Part shown: piece after piece, positions 9,874-19,900 of the stretch
How the letters are laid out: each line of letters opens with the position of its first letter
Numbering within the stretch: position 1 is the stretch's first letter
Made by a program: the position numbers and the translations under genes
Notes under the pieces: model-generated
Told to the model about the DNA's origin: nothing
Seen by the model: the letters and a program-made list of their open reading frames with translations, nothing else
The model's database searches: none
Assembly: GCF_001644705.1 (NCBI RefSeq)
Contig: NZ_CP015137.1
Location: 4,710,001 to 4,742,000 of the forward strand
From: Dickeya solani IPO 2222
Lineage (GTDB): Bacteria > Pseudomonadota > Gammaproteobacteria > Enterobacterales > Enterobacteriaceae
Direction of reading: 5' to 3'
Length of the DNA stretch: 32,000 nucleotides

Positions 9874-10022
9874 ATAAAACATATTATGGCGGACAATCAA
9901 CATCACGCGGGTCAGACCGCTCCATCAGGGCAGGTAATGGCTTGACGCGAAAGGCGATGTTGTCCTGTGGTGCTCAGCAGGCAGGCCTCCACCATACCCG
10001 TCATGACTACCACAGGCAACCA

Positions 10023-11693
10023 TCAGGCGGCTGACTGCTCATTACGCAGCTCACGCCGGAGAATTTTCCCCACGTTGGACTTCGGTAACTCGCCGCGGAA
10101 TTCAAATAGCCGCGGCACTTTATACCCGGTGAGGTTACGACGGCAGTGACTGATCAGCTCCTCCACCGTCAGCGAGGGATCGCGGCACACCACGAAGACT
10201 TTCACCGCCTCGCCCGACGTTTCGCTGGGCACGCCAATCGCCGCGGCTTCGGATACCTTCGGATGGCGCACCACCACTTCCTCGATTTCATTGGGATAAA
10301 CATTGAAGCCGGACACCAGAATCATGTCTTTTTTACGATCGACGATCTTCAGAAATCCCTGCTCATCCGCCGTAACAATGTCACCGGTCGCCAGCCAGCC
10401 CTCTTTCAGTACGTCGTGAGTCGCCGTTGGCTGCTGCCAGTAACCGGACATCACCTGCGGGCCACGCACCCACAATTCACCGGGTTCGCCGGGCGCCACA
10501 TCCTGACCGTCATCATTAATGATACGCACATCGGTGGACGGCACCGGCAAGCCGATGCTGCCGCTGTAATGCTGCAGGTCATACGGATTTCCCGCCACCA
10601 GCGGCGCGCTTTCCGTCAACCCATAGCCTTCCAGCAGATGGATGCCGGTCAGCTTTTCCCACCGCTCGGCCACCACCTGTTGCACCGAGGCGCCGCCGCC
10701 TACCGACAGCCGCAGCGTGGAGAAATCCAGCCGGCTAAACGCGTCGTGGTTCAGCAAGGCGTTGAACAGCGTATTCACCCCGGTAATGGCGGTAAACGGA
10801 TAGTGCGCCAGTTCTTTGATCATGCCGGGGATATCGCGTGGGTTGGTGATCAGCAGGTTTTTTCCGCCGATTTCAACAAACAACAGGCAATTCACCGTCA
10901 GCGCAAAAATGTGATAGAGCGGCAGCGCCGTCACCACCAGCTCTTGTCCTTCCTGCAACACCGGGCCATAAGCGGCGTTGGCCTGCATCAGATTGGCTTG
11001 CATATTCCGGTGGGTCAGCATAGCGCCCTTGGCGATGCCGGTGGTGCCGCCGGTATATTGCAGGAACGCCAGATCCTGATTGTTCACCTCCGGCTTCACA
11101 TACGGCATCCGTTTGCCCTGCTGTAGCGCCTGGCGGAACGAAATGGCGTCCGGCAGGTGATATTTCGGCACCAGACGCTTGATGTACTTAACCACAAAGT
11201 TGACCAGCGTGCCTTTGGCCGGTGCCAGCTGATCGCCCATACGGGTCAGGATCACATGCTTCACCGGGGTGTTGTACACCACCTTTTCCAGCGTATGGGC
11301 AAAATTGGAGACGATAACGATGGCCGAGGCACCGCAGTCTTTCAGTTGGTGCTCCAGCTCGCGCGGCGTATACAGCGGATTGACATTGACCACCACCAGC
11401 CCGGCCCGCAGCACGCCGAACAGCGCGATCGGATATTGCAGCAGGTTGGGCATCATCAACGCGACGCGATCGCCCTTTTTCAGTTTCAACTGATGCTGCA
11501 GGTAAGCGGCGAAAGCACGGCTGCGTTCTTCCAGCCGACGGAAGGTCATCACCTCGCCCATATTGATAAAGGCGGGCTGGTCGGCATAACGCGACACCGC
11601 GTGTTCAAACAACTCGATTAGCGAAGTGTAGCGATCCGGGTCAATTTCCGCAGGGACATCCGCCGGATAACGCGCTAACCAGATTTTTTCCAA
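10023..11693 (-). CDS. fadD: Long-chain-fatty-acid--CoA ligase FadD
   Basis: The product is colinear with E. coli FadD (WLNRYPADVP..., [19 protein letters not shown]-binding motif, GWLx[17 protein letters not shown]). The track start at 11738 is TTG. E. coli FadD (TTG start, MKKVWLNRYP) aligns to [10 protein letters not shown], whose TTG is the complement of 11691-11693 and is preceded by GGGAG 7 nt upstream. The alternative is ATG 11726. The stop is firm. Confidence 0.9.
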   Translation of the reverse strand: MEKIWLARYPADVPAEIDPDRYTSLIELFEHAVSRYADQPAFINMGEVMTFRRLEERSRAFAAYLQHQLKLKKGDRVALMMPNLLQYPIALFGVLRAGLVVVNVNPLYTPRELEHQLKDCGASAIVIVSNFAHTLEKVVYNTPVKHVILTRMGDQLAPAKGTLVNFVVKYIKRLVPKYHLPDAISFRQALQQGKRMPYVKPEVNNQDLAFLQYTGGTTGIAKGAMLTHRNMQANLMQANAAYGPVLQEGQELVVTALPLYHIFALTVNCLLFVEIGGKNLLITNPRDIPGMIKELAHYPFTAITGVNTLFNALLNHDAFSRLDFSTLRLSVGGGASVQQVVAERWEKLTGIHLLEGYGLTESAPLVAGNPYDLQHYSGSIGLPVPSTDVRIINDDGQDVAPGEPGELWVRGPQVMSGYWQQPTATHDVLKEGWLATGDIVTADEQGFLKIVDRKKDMILVSGFNVYPNEIEEVVVRHPKVSEAAAIGVPSETSGEAVKVFVVCRDPSLTVEELISHCRRNLTGYKVPRLFEFRGELPKSNVGKILRRELRNEQSAA

Positions 11694-11828
11694 AACGTCA
11701 CTCCCGAGATATTTTTTAAGTGGCATAATCAATCCCAACCCGAGTGATCTGTAACAATATTTTAACTCATATTAACAACTGTGAAATTCACAATGTTCAG
11801 GTTGAGAAGATGATCACTTATTTCAACT

Positions 11829-11862
11829 TGTTATCACTGCCGAAATGTTATCACTGCCGAAA
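11829..11862. repeat. Perfect 17-bp tandem duplication (TGTTATCACTGCCGAAA x2)
   Basis: 11829-11845 and 11846-11862 are identical and directly abutting. The pair lies between the yeaY terminator and the fadD promoter region. Confidence 0.95.
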
Positions 11863-11888
11863 AAAAACGAGGCGACCCTGGCCGCCTC
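11861..11888 (-). terminator. Rho-independent terminator of yeaY
   Basis: The minus-strand RNA reads GAGGCGGCCAGGGUCGCCUC (stem GAGGCG/CGCCUC plus one further C-G pair) followed by GUUUUUUU (A-run 11861-11867 on the plus strand). It lies 39 nt after the yeaY stop. Confidence 0.7.
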
Positions 11889-11926
11889 TGTTCGTTGTCA
11901 GGCTATCGCCTGATTGCTGACGATCG

Positions 11927-12511
11927 TTACTCCGTAACGACAGACTCCACCTGAGCCGGCGCATACCCGTCGTTCCAGTCCGGTCCCCAACCGGGTCCCC
12001 ATGCATGGCGGTAGCGACGATCCCACCAGGGATCGTAAGCCCGCGGCGGCAACACCACCTGCTGTACCACTCGCCAGCGTTTATAGCCCTGTACGCTCAC
12101 CACCACGTACTGATATGGCCGTTCACCGATTTTACCCTGCTCGGTGCCGGTAATTGGCCCTACCACGGTGATCAACTGGTTTTTGAAATCCACCGGCTCC
12201 AGAAAACCATTGATGTAGGCGACCAGTCGGCCTTCGGAGGGGTCGCCCAGTCGCGGCCGGCCGGCATCATCCAACGGCAAACTGACAATTTCCAGCCGGG
12301 TGCGATTGGCCTCGTTGCGGATATCCGCAATCCGGCCGCCAAAGCGCGATTCCTGGCCGACGTACAGATTCGGCGCATTCATCACCCGAATCAGGTCCAT
12401 CTGCGGCGTGGCGGAGGTCCCGCGAATTTCTGCCGGTAGCGTGACGCAACCTGACAGCCCCGCCAGGCTCAGCAACAACAGTCCGCACAGCCCGGTCCGG
12501 CGCAGCCGCAT
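11927..12511 (-). CDS. yeaY: Slp-family outer-membrane lipoprotein YeaY
   Basis: A signal peptide with lipobox LSGC is followed by Slp-family sequence (NYVGQESRFGGRI...RLEIVSLPLD...GRL.A..NGFL.PV). I chose the ATG at 12511, which gives a 22-residue lipoprotein signal (MRLRRTGLCGLLLLSLAGLSGC). The track start is 12547 (GTG), and ATG 12544 is also possible. Confidence 0.8.
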   Translation of the reverse strand: MRLRRTGLCGLLLLSLAGLSGCVTLPAEIRGTSATPQMDLIRVMNAPNLYVGQESRFGGRIADIRNEANRTRLEIVSLPLDDAGRPRLGDPSEGRLVAYINGFLEPVDFKNQLITVVGPITGTEQGKIGERPYQYVVVSVQGYKRWRVVQQVVLPPRAYDPWWDRRYRHAWGPGWGPDWNDGYAPAQVESVVTE

Positions 12512-12621
12512 CGACGTTCTATTTCCGAAAGAGTGGATTGTCATCACCTATACCCTGCTTGCCCGTCGTCAATTTATGACAGATACCTGACTTAGACTGT
12601 AGCCGATGCGATAAGTTGCTG

Positions 12622-13323
12622 TTATACACGGCCGGGTAATTTTTTCCACGCCACTTCATTGCGCAGATAACGGGGTTCGGCCTGCTCCACGTTCACCGCG
12701 CCGCCCGACGTCCATAACCGCCACGCCAGCGGCAGCATGTCCTGCGCCTGCGGCAACAGCATCTCGGTGTGATTCAGGATAATGCCAGGATGGCCGAGCA
12801 AGTCTGGATAGGTTTGCCAGCCGGTTCCTGCCGTAGCCCAGTCGCCGTTCAGCGATGCCGCCAGTGACTGCACCTGCACCGGCGCCAGCACGGCTTCACT
12901 CGCCTCGCCGTGCCAATTGCCCTGCTCATCACGCTCGTAGCCTGCCCAGTAGACTTCGCCCATGCGGGCATCAATGGCGGTCAGCACCCGGCTGGCGCCG
13001 GTCAGGCGGTGCGCCCCTTGCGCCAGCGTCGCCAGCGTCGAGACACCAAGCATCGGTAAATCCGCGCCAAGCGCCAGCCCTTGCGCGATGCCGATGCCAA
13101 TACGCACGCCGGTGAAGCTGCCCGGCCCGCGCCCAAATGCCAGCGCATCCAGTTGACTGAGCGTCATGCCGTGATCGGCCAGCAATTGCCGGACCATCGG
13201 CAGCACCCGCTGGGTATGCTCGCGGGGGCAAACTTCAAACAGGGAATGGATTTCACCGTCATTCCAGAGTGCAACGGAACAGGCTTCCGTTGCGGTATCA
13301 AGCGCTAAAATTCGCGTAGACAT
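12622..13323 (-). CDS. tsaB: tRNA t6A37 biosynthesis protein TsaB (YeaZ)
   Basis: The 233-aa [47 protein letters not shown]...[21 protein letters not shown] has the classic YeaZ/TsaB N-terminal fold and the same length class as E. coli. Confidence 0.93.
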   Translation of the reverse strand: MSTRILALDTATEACSVALWNDGEIHSLFEVCPREHTQRVLPMVRQLLADHGMTLSQLDALAFGRGPGSFTGVRIGIGIAQGLALGADLPMLGVSTLATLAQGAHRLTGASRVLTAIDARMGEVYWAGYERDEQGNWHGEASEAVLAPVQVQSLAASLNGDWATAGTGWQTYPDLLGHPGIILNHTEMLLPQAQDMLPLAWRLWTSGGAVNVEQAEPRYLRNEVAWKKLPGRV

Positions 13324-13388
13324 GCCAACCTCAGGCAGGGAGAGAATATTTCAACGGCGCGCATCATAACAGCCAGCGCCGGTGACCG

Positions 13389-15308
13389 TCACGGTTTGCG
13401 CGTCAGAAAATCGATAGCCTGCCGCAAATCCCGTGTTCTTGGCGCCGGCGGCAGGCTGGTGAGAAACACCTCGCCATAGGGCCGCGTCACCAGCCGGTTG
13501 TCGCAAATCACCAACACACCGCGGTCTTCCACGTCGCGGATCAAACGGCCGACGCCCTGTTTCAGGGTGATCACCGCATCGGGCAGTTGCACCTCGTCGA
13601 ACGGGTCGCCGCCGTGCACCCGACAATCCTCCATGCGCGCTTTGAGCAACGGATCGTCCGGGGAGGTAAAAGGCAGTTTGTCGATAATCACGCACGACAG
13701 CGCATCGCCCCGCACATCCACCCCTTCCCAGAAACTGCCGGTCGCCACCAGCAACGCGTTGCCTGCCGCCAGAAACTGCGCCAGCAGCTGCGGCTTACTG
13801 GTTTCACCCTGAACCAGCACCGGCAACGTCAGCGACGCCCGAAACTCGGCGGCCAGGTCGCGCATCATCTGGTGCGAGGTGCACAGCATGAAACAACGTC
13901 CCTGATTGGCCTCAATCAGCGGGCGCAGCATGCGCGCCAGTTGTCTGGCCGCGCCGGGTCGGTTGGTTTCCGGCAGATAGCGCGGCACGCACAGCAGCGC
14001 CTGACTCGCGTAATCAAACGGGCTCGGCAGTAACAACGTCCGGGCCTGATCCAGCCCCAGCCGGTCAATAAAATGCGTGAGCTGATCGTTGACCGACAGC
14101 GTGGCCGAGGTGAATACCCAGCAGGCCGGTTTTTCTTTCATTACGTCCCGGAAACGGTCTGCGACTGACAGCGGCGTTAGCGCCAGCACGAAATGACGCG
14201 AGTTACATTCATACCAGTAGCTGTAGCCGGGTTGCTGCACGTCTCGCAGCCGCTTCAGTCGCGCCCGGTATATAGTCGCGCGATCAAACGCCGCATCCAG
14301 CAACGCGGAGCGGCCCAGCGACAGCTTGGCGACATCGCAGCACAGTTCCAGCGCGTCATCCAGCAGCGTCAGCGACCGTTGCAGCGAGCTATCCGTGACA
14401 ATGTCACGTAAATTACCGCGAAATCCCGGGTCGCCCAGCGCCAGCCGGAAATCCTGGGTACTCTGGCTCAGGCGATCCGCGCTTTTCTGTAGCTGGCTGG
14501 CGTCCCGCACTTCGGTACGGTAAGCAATCACGATATCTTTGGCGAGGTCCAGCAACTGGCGGCTGGAGAGCTGCTGGCCGAAGTACTGGCTGGCGATGTC
14601 CGGGATCTGGTGGGCTTCGTCAAATATCACCACGTCGCTGTCGGGGATCAGTTCGGCAAATCCGCTCTCCTTGACCACCATATCCGCCAGATAAAGATGA
14701 TGGTTCACCACCACCACATCGGCATCCATCGCCCGTCGGCGCGCCTTCACCACAAAGCACGCCTTGAAGTGTGGGCAGTCGCTGCCGAGGCAGTTGTCGT
14801 TGGTGCTGGTCACCAGCGGCCATACCGCGCTGTCTTCAGCCACATCGCCGCACTGGCTGATATCGCCGTCTTCGGTTTCGGAGGACCAGCCGCGCAGCCG
14901 CACCAGTTCGCGCAGCACATCGCGGCCAAGATCGCCGCCCGCCAGCGATTGCTGCTCCAGTCGCTCGATGCACAGATAATTGGAACGCCCTTTCAACAGC
15001 GCCAGCTTACCTTGAAAATTCAGCGCGTTGGCGACAGTCGGCAAATCGCGGCTGTACAACTGATCCTGCAGCGCGCGCGAACCGGTGGAAACGATCACTT
15101 TTTTACCGGAACGCAGCGCGGGCGCCAGATACGCATAGGTTTTGCCGGTGCCGGTGCCCGCTTCCACCACCAGCGGCTTTTTGGCGTCGATCGCCTCCAG
15201 CACGGCGGCCGCCATCTGGCGCTGCGGCTCACGGGGCTGAAACCCCCGAATCGCCTGCGCCAGTACGCCGTCGGTTGCAAAATCGTCGATTGAGCTATCT
15301 GCTGCCAC
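13389..15308 (-). CDS. yoaA: DinG-family ATP-dependent helicase YoaA
   Basis: The product is colinear with E. coli YoaA (PREPQRQMA, EAGTGTGKTYAYL, DEAHQ, the Fe-S cysteine region NDNCLGSDCPHFKACF, ITLKQGVGRLIR). The track start at 15395 adds about 29 unmatched codons. The GTG at the complement of 15306-15308 (VAADSSIDDFATDG, versus E. coli MTDDFAPDG) is preceded by GAGAGG 4 nt upstream and gives 639 aa. Confidence 0.88.
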   Translation of the reverse strand: MAADSSIDDFATDGVLAQAIRGFQPREPQRQMAAAVLEAIDAKKPLVVEAGTGTGKTYAYLAPALRSGKKVIVSTGSRALQDQLYSRDLPTVANALNFQGKLALLKGRSNYLCIERLEQQSLAGGDLGRDVLRELVRLRGWSSETEDGDISQCGDVAEDSAVWPLVTSTNDNCLGSDCPHFKACFVVKARRRAMDADVVVVNHHLYLADMVVKESGFAELIPDSDVVIFDEAHQIPDIASQYFGQQLSSRQLLDLAKDIVIAYRTEVRDASQLQKSADRLSQSTQDFRLALGDPGFRGNLRDIVTDSSLQRSLTLLDDALELCCDVAKLSLGRSALLDAAFDRATIYRARLKRLRDVQQPGYSYWYECNSRHFVLALTPLSVADRFRDVMKEKPACWVFTSATLSVNDQLTHFIDRLGLDQARTLLLPSPFDYASQALLCVPRYLPETNRPGAARQLARMLRPLIEANQGRCFMLCTSHQMMRDLAAEFRASLTLPVLVQGETSKPQLLAQFLAAGNALLVATGSFWEGVDVRGDALSCVIIDKLPFTSPDDPLLKARMEDCRVHGGDPFDEVQLPDAVITLKQGVGRLIRDVEDRGVLVICDNRLVTRPYGEVFLTSLPPAPRTRDLRQAIDFLTRKP

Positions 15309-15468
15309 GCTGCCTCTCTTGTCTGACAATGCCGTCACCCTGATTCGGCCGAATAAAGGTGGCTGATTATGCCAAGCCTGCGCGCACGACACCACTTCGG
15401 GTCGCGTCTGCCGTCCCGATCGGGGATCACCTGTTGAGGGGAACTGTGTTAGTCTCTGCGGTGTTAGC

Positions 15469-15494
15469 GCCTGTCCCGGCAGCCTGTCCCGGCA
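15469..15494. repeat. Perfect 13-bp tandem duplication (GCCTGTCCCGGCA x2)
   Basis: 15469-15481 and 15482-15494 are identical and abutting. They lie in the yoaA / yoaB divergent intergenic region, 33 nt upstream of the yoaB ATG. Confidence 0.95.
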
Positions 15495-15526
15495 GGCACA
15501 CAGACTGAAACGAGGAGCCTGACTTC

Positions 15527-15874
15527 ATGTCGATTACCCGCATCAACCCCGACGCACGCTGGTCCGACGCCGTGATCTACAACAACACGCTGTACTACAC
15601 CAGCGTGCCGGAAAACCTGGACGGCAACGCCCTTGCCCAGACCGAAAACGCGCTGGCGTCGCTGGACGCCATCCTGCAACAAGCGGGCACCGATAAAAGC
15701 CGCCTGCTGGACGTCACCATTTTTCTGGCCGATAGCGCTGATTTCGCTGCTATGAACGCCGCCTGGGATGCCTGGGTAATGGCGGGCAGCGCACCGGTGC
15801 GTTGCACCGTGGAAGCCAAACTGATGAACCCGAAATTCAAAGTGGAAATCAAAGCGATCGCCGCAGTCGGGTGA
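15527..15874 (+). CDS. yoaB: RidA/YjgF-family protein YoaB
   Basis: The 115-aa ORF MSITRINPDARWSDAVIYNNTLYYTSVPENLD...IFLADSADFAAMNAAWDAWV..APVRCTVEAKLMNPKFKVEIK is colinear with E. coli YoaB. GAGGAG lies at 15512-15517. Confidence 0.93.
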   Translation: MSITRINPDARWSDAVIYNNTLYYTSVPENLDGNALAQTENALASLDAILQQAGTDKSRLLDVTIFLADSADFAAMNAAWDAWVMAGSAPVRCTVEAKLMNPKFKVEIKAIAAVG

Positions 15875-15882
15875 TCCTGCGC

Positions 15883-15904
15883 GGGCGGCGGTACATCGCC
15901 GCCC
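15883..15904. terminator. GC hairpin in the convergent yoaB / yoaH gap
   Basis: GGGCGGCG (15883-15890) pairs with CGCCGCCC (15897-15904), giving an 8-bp all-GC stem and a 6-nt loop. There is no U-tract, so function is inferred from position. Confidence 0.45.
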
Positions 15905-15921
15905 GAAAACCATTATTCCTG

Positions 15922-16113
15922 CTATTCCTGCGAAGAAGTCTCATCATCCTCAAAACGCGCCACTATCCGCGCGCCCTGATGATTCTGGCGCAGTTCTTCC
16001 GCCACCTGTGCGATAGCTTCACCGCTGCTCATGCCTTCCGCCATCAGTTGTTGTATTCGTTCTACCGCCTGTTGCTGCTGCTCATGAGTCAGCGCCGGGA
16101 TACCTGCAAACAT
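15922..16113 (-). CDS. yoaH: UPF0181 small protein YoaH
   Basis: The track ORF is 91 aa. E. coli YoaH (59 aa, [34 protein letters not shown]...) aligns from [37 protein letters not shown] codons are present at both 16113 and 16116, with AGGAG 7 and 4 nt upstream respectively. Confidence 0.85.
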   Translation of the reverse strand: MFAGIPALTHEQQQQAVERIQQLMAEGMSSGEAIAQVAEELRQNHQGARIVARFEDDETSSQE

Positions 16114-16259
16114 CATTCTTCTCCTGAAAACCTTTTTATGCCGGCCACGCCAGCGATCCGCCACGGTTTGTGGTACGCTTGCATCGCTGCGACGCATGCT
16201 GCCGGTTCAGCGTACGGCTGCCGGCATGACCAACGCCGAGAAACCATACCAATACCGCT

Positions 16260-17630
16260 ATGCCGACACCGATAGTCTATCACGCGCTCCCGTATCAGCC
16301 GGATGTGCTGTTACGTCTTTTTAGTTCCCTGTCGCGCCAGCCCTGGGCGATGTTGCTCCATTCCGGGTTTGCCGACCATCCGCATAACCGGTTTGATATT
16401 CTGGTGGCGGAGCCGCGCCTGACCTTGCAGACCGTCGGCGGACTGACCTCGATCCAACACGGCGATACACTCCAGACCTCCTCAGAAGACCCGTTTCATC
16501 TGCTGCAACAACAGCTCGATACGCTGGCGTTGGATGTGCCGCCGCACCCGGATTACCCGTTTCAGGGCGGCGCCCTCGGTTTGTTCGGCTACGATTTGGG
16601 GCGACGGATGGAACAGTTGCCATCCATCGCCGACCGGGATATCGACCTGCCCGACATGGCGGTGGGCATTTACGACTGGGCGCTGATTGCCGACCATCAC
16701 CAACGGCGGCTGACCCTCGTCGTCCACGGCGATATTGACGCCAGACTGGCCTGGCTGGACAGCCTTTCCCCCACCGAGCCGGGCTCGTTTTGCCTGACTG
16801 GCGCCTGGCAAGCCAACATGAGCCGTGAGCAGTACGGCGAAAAATTCCGCCGTATTCAGGATTATCTGCGCGCCGGCGACTGCTATCAGGTCAATTTGGC
16901 CCAGCGCTTTCAGGCCAGTTATCAGGGCGATGAATGGCAGGCGTTCCTGACGCTGTCGGCCAGCAACCGGGCGCCGTTTTCCGCTTTCCTGCGGTTGCCG
17001 CACAGCGCAGTGCTCAGTATTTCGCCGGAGCGTTTCCTGTGGTTGCATGATCACCACATTCAGACCCGACCGATCAAAGGCACGTTGCCACGGCTGTCGG
17101 ACGCCGACGCCGATGCCCGTCAGGCGCAGCGACTGGCGGCCTCCGAGAAAGATCGCGCCGAGAACCTGATGATTGTCGACCTGCTGCGTAACGATATCGG
17201 CCGAGTGGCGGTGCCGGGCAGCGTGCGGGTGCCTGAATTGTTTGTGGTGGAGCCTTTTCCGGCGGTGCATCATCTGGTCAGCACCATCGAAGCGCGATTA
17301 CCCGCGCAGCAACAGGCCACCGATTTGCTGCGCGCCTGCTTTCCCGGCGGCTCCATTACCGGCGCGCCCAAAGTGCGAGCCATGGAGATCATCGAAGAAC
17401 TGGAACCGCATCGCCGCAACGCCTATTGCGGCAGCATCGGCTATCTCAGCGTCTGCGGCACCATGGACACCAACATCACCATCCGTACGCTGATCGCTGC
17501 CAATGGCACGCTTTCCTGCTGGGCTGGCGGCGGAATTGTGGCCGACAGCGAAGAACAGGCAGAATATCAGGAAACGTTCGACAAGATTGGCCGCATTCTG
17601 CCGTTATTAACCGTATCAACCACGGATTAA
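16260..17630 (+). CDS. pabB: Aminodeoxychorismate synthase component I (PabB)
   Basis: The 456-aa ORF is colinear with E. coli PabB (PWAMLLHSG, FQGGALGLFGYDLGR, GDCYQVNLAQRF, PERF, IQTRPIKGT, DRAENLMIVDLLRND, GSITGAPKVRAMEII). Confidence 0.95.
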   Translation: MPTPIVYHALPYQPDVLLRLFSSLSRQPWAMLLHSGFADHPHNRFDILVAEPRLTLQTVGGLTSIQHGDTLQTSSEDPFHLLQQQLDTLALDVPPHPDYPFQGGALGLFGYDLGRRMEQLPSIADRDIDLPDMAVGIYDWALIADHHQRRLTLVVHGDIDARLAWLDSLSPTEPGSFCLTGAWQANMSREQYGEKFRRIQDYLRAGDCYQVNLAQRFQASYQGDEWQAFLTLSASNRAPFSAFLRLPHSAVLSISPERFLWLHDHHIQTRPIKGTLPRLSDADADARQAQRLAASEKDRAENLMIVDLLRNDIGRVAVPGSVRVPELFVVEPFPAVHHLVSTIEARLPAQQQATDLLRACFPGGSITGAPKVRAMEIIEELEPHRRNAYCGSIGYLSVCGTMDTNITIRTLIAANGTLSCWAGGGIVADSEEQAEYQETFDKIGRILPLLTVSTTD

Positions 17631-17645
17631 ACAGGGCTGACCGAC

Positions 17646-18269
17646 ATGACCGACGCCACGCTGTTGCCTCTCTCAGACCGCACTGACGGATACCGTCCTT
17701 ACGATTTGGACGCGTTTATTACCCGCTTTCAGTTGCAGACCGCCCCCGGTCTGCCGGTCACCCAGCACCATCGGCAAGCGGCGGTGCTGGTGCCGATCAT
17801 CCGTCGCCCCGACCCTTGCCTGCTGCTGACCCGTCGTTCATCCCTTTTGCGCAAACACGCCGGACAGGTGGCCTTTCCCGGCGGTGCGGCGGACCCGGAC
17901 GATCGGTCGCTTATCGCCACCGCGCTGCGCGAAGCACAGGAAGAAGTGGCGATTCCCCCGGCATCGGTCCAGATACTGGGAACGCTGCCGGCGTTCGATA
18001 GCGTCAGCGGCTATCAAGTCACCCCGGTGGTCGGTCTGTTGCCGGAGAACACGCCTTTTCATCCCAACGCCGACGAAGTCGCGGAACTGTTTGAAATGCC
18101 GTTGCGGGATGCCTTTGCCCTCCAGCGCTACTATTCGCTGGATATCGAGCGCCGCCAGCAGCGCCACCGCGTCTATCTTTCCTGGTATCGGCAACAGTTC
18201 GTCTGGGGGCTGACCGCGGCCATCATCCGTCAGTTGGCGTTGCAAGTGGCAACGCCGGAACCGGCGTAA
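17646..18269 (+). CDS. nudL: Nudix CoA pyrophosphohydrolase NudL (YeaB)
   Basis: The product has [28 protein letters not shown] and the Nudix box REA.EEVAIPP, and is colinear with E. coli NudL. It starts 15 nt after pabB, so it is probably co-transcribed. Confidence 0.9.
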   Translation: MTDATLLPLSDRTDGYRPYDLDAFITRFQLQTAPGLPVTQHHRQAAVLVPIIRRPDPCLLLTRRSSLLRKHAGQVAFPGGAADPDDRSLIATALREAQEEVAIPPASVQILGTLPAFDSVSGYQVTPVVGLLPENTPFHPNADEVAELFEMPLRDAFALQRYYSLDIERRQQRHRVYLSWYRQQFVWGLTAAIIRQLALQVATPEPA

Positions 18270-18502
18270 TCTCCCGGCGAAACGTCGAATCTGTCATAAG
18301 TTATTTTTCGGCATAACATAACTTTATTTCATGTGAAAAGCCGAATGTGGCAGCATACTCTTCACTACAATAGCGCGATCTATCGAGTTTTATTCTGGAG
18401 CGAGTCTGGTCTTCAACCATAACGCCAAATAAAGGGTGGTATGGCGAGTCATGACCACTCGTTCCCCTATGGTGACAGACAGTGCCTTAAAGGAGTTTCA
18501 GC

Positions 18503-19864
18503 GTGATAAGCGTATTCGACATGTTCAAAATCGGTATTGGCCCCTCCAGCTCTCACACGGTCGGACCGATGAAAGCCGGTAAGCAATTTGTCGATGAACT
18601 GCAGCAGAGGGATTTGTTGTCCCGCACCGATCGGGTGACGGTGGAGGTTTACGGCTCCCTCGCCCTGACCGGCAAAGGCCACCATACCGATATTGCGATT
18701 ATCCTGGGGCTGGCGGGCAATCAGCCGGATACCGTGGATATCGACGCCATCCCGGCGTTTATCCGGGACGTGGAACAAACTGAACGGTTATCGCTGGCGG
18801 GCACGCATGAAGTCGCGTTTCCCCGCGAAGGCGGTATGATTTTCCGCGGCGAAAACCTGCCGCTGCATGAAAACGGCATGACGCTGACCGCCTTTGCCGC
18901 TGACCTTCCGTTGTTTCGCCAAACCTATTACTCGATAGGCGGCGGGTTTATCGTTGATGAAGCGCATTTTGGTCAGCCTCAGGAATCTACCTTCACCGTG
19001 CCGCATCCTTACCGTTCCGCGCGGGAAATTCTGGAACACTGCAAACAAAGCGGTCTGTCTATCTCCGGCATGATGATGCGCAACGAGCTGGCGCTGCATA
19101 GCCGTCAGGAGATCGAGGACTATTTCGCCGCCGTCTGGCAGACCATGCGCGCCTGTATGGATCGCGGCATGAACACCGAGGGCGTGCTGCCCGGCCCGCT
19201 GCGGGTACCGCGCCGCGCCGCCGCGCTGCGCCGCATGCTGGTGTCCTCGGACAAGCTGTCCAACGACCCGATGAACGTGGTGGATTGGGTCAACATGTTC
19301 GCACTGGCGGTCAATGAGGAAAACGCCGCCGGCGGGCGCGTGGTTACCGCCCCCACTAATGGCGCCTGCGGTATCGTGCCGGCGGTGCTAGCCTACTACG
19401 ATCATTTTATCGAACCGGTCGGCCCCGGCATTTATTTGCGTTATTTCATGGCGGCTGGCGCGATCGGGTCACTGTATAAGATGAACGCCTCTATTTCCGG
19501 GGCGGAAGTCGGTTGTCAGGGCGAAGTGGGCGTGGCCTGTTCGATGGCGGCAGCTGGTCTGGCGGAACTGCTGGGCGCCAGCCCGGAACAGGTGTGCGTG
19601 GCCGCGGAGATCGGCATGGAACACAATCTGGGGCTGACCTGCGATCCGGTGGCCGGTCAGGTACAGGTACCTTGCATCGAGCGTAACGCCATCGCGGCGG
19701 TTAAAGCCATCAACGCCACCCGCATGGCGGTACGCCGCACCACCGAAGCCCGCGTGTCGCTCGACAAGGTGATTGAAACCATGTACGAAACCGGGAAAGA
19801 CATGAACGCCAAATACCGCGAAACCTCCCGCGGCGGCCTGGCTATCAAGGTGCAGTGCGACTGA
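18503..19864 (+). CDS. sdaA: L-serine dehydratase 1 (Fe-S, SdaA type)
   Basis: The 453-aa [33 protein letters not shown]...[18 protein letters not shown]...[15 protein letters not shown] is almost colinear with E. coli SdaA. The GTG start at 18503 has AAGGAG at 18490-18495 upstream. Confidence 0.95.
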   Translation: MISVFDMFKIGIGPSSSHTVGPMKAGKQFVDELQQRDLLSRTDRVTVEVYGSLALTGKGHHTDIAIILGLAGNQPDTVDIDAIPAFIRDVEQTERLSLAGTHEVAFPREGGMIFRGENLPLHENGMTLTAFAADLPLFRQTYYSIGGGFIVDEAHFGQPQESTFTVPHPYRSAREILEHCKQSGLSISGMMMRNELALHSRQEIEDYFAAVWQTMRACMDRGMNTEGVLPGPLRVPRRAAALRRMLVSSDKLSNDPMNVVDWVNMFALAVNEENAAGGRVVTAPTNGACGIVPAVLAYYDHFIEPVGPGIYLRYFMAAGAIGSLYKMNASISGAEVGCQGEVGVACSMAAAGLAELLGASPEQVCVAAEIGMEHNLGLTCDPVAGQVQVPCIERNAIAAVKAINATRMAVRRTTEARVSLDKVIETMYETGKDMNAKYRETSRGGLAIKVQCD

Positions 19865-19871
19865 CCGATAC

Positions 19872-19900
19872 AACGCCGGCGGGTACCTCCCGCCGGCGTT
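19872..19900. terminator. 12-bp GC hairpin in the convergent sdaA / MCP gap
   Basis: AACGCCGGCGGG (19872-19883) pairs perfectly with CCCGCCGGCGTT (19889-19900), with a 5-nt loop. It starts 8 nt after the sdaA stop. There is no strong U-tract. Confidence 0.55.

Noticed and set aside
10146-11126. 326-aa ORF on the plus strand, antisense to fadD. Similar long antisense ORFs are 11157..11621(+), 1293..1964(-) opposite ycgB, and 22974..23510(+) and 22076..22525(+) opposite yoaE.
   Set aside because: They lie entirely within strongly supported genes on the other strand. Their products are Arg/His/Gln/Gly-rich low-complexity strings with no recognisable motifs. They are the usual stop-codon-poor shadow frames of GC-rich coding sequence.
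11780-11792. TGTGAAATTCACA as a CRP site for fadD.
   Set aside because: The arms are right but the spacer is 3 nt rather than 6, so it is not a canonical CRP site. I kept it only as an unassigned palindrome in the findings.
14610-15293. 227-aa ORF antisense to yoaA. The same reasoning applies to 16482..17273(-) antisense to pabB and 19855..20589(+) antisense to the MCP gene and running across the 22-bp repeat array.
   Set aside because: They are antisense shadows of well-supported genes. 19855..20589 would also begin inside the sdaA stop region and read through a 12-bp hairpin.
15309-15526. I expected an SOS (LexA) box upstream of the DinG-family helicase gene yoaA.
   Set aside because: I checked every CTG in this interval for CTG-N10-CAG, and none fits. 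No LexA operator can be claimed from the sequence.
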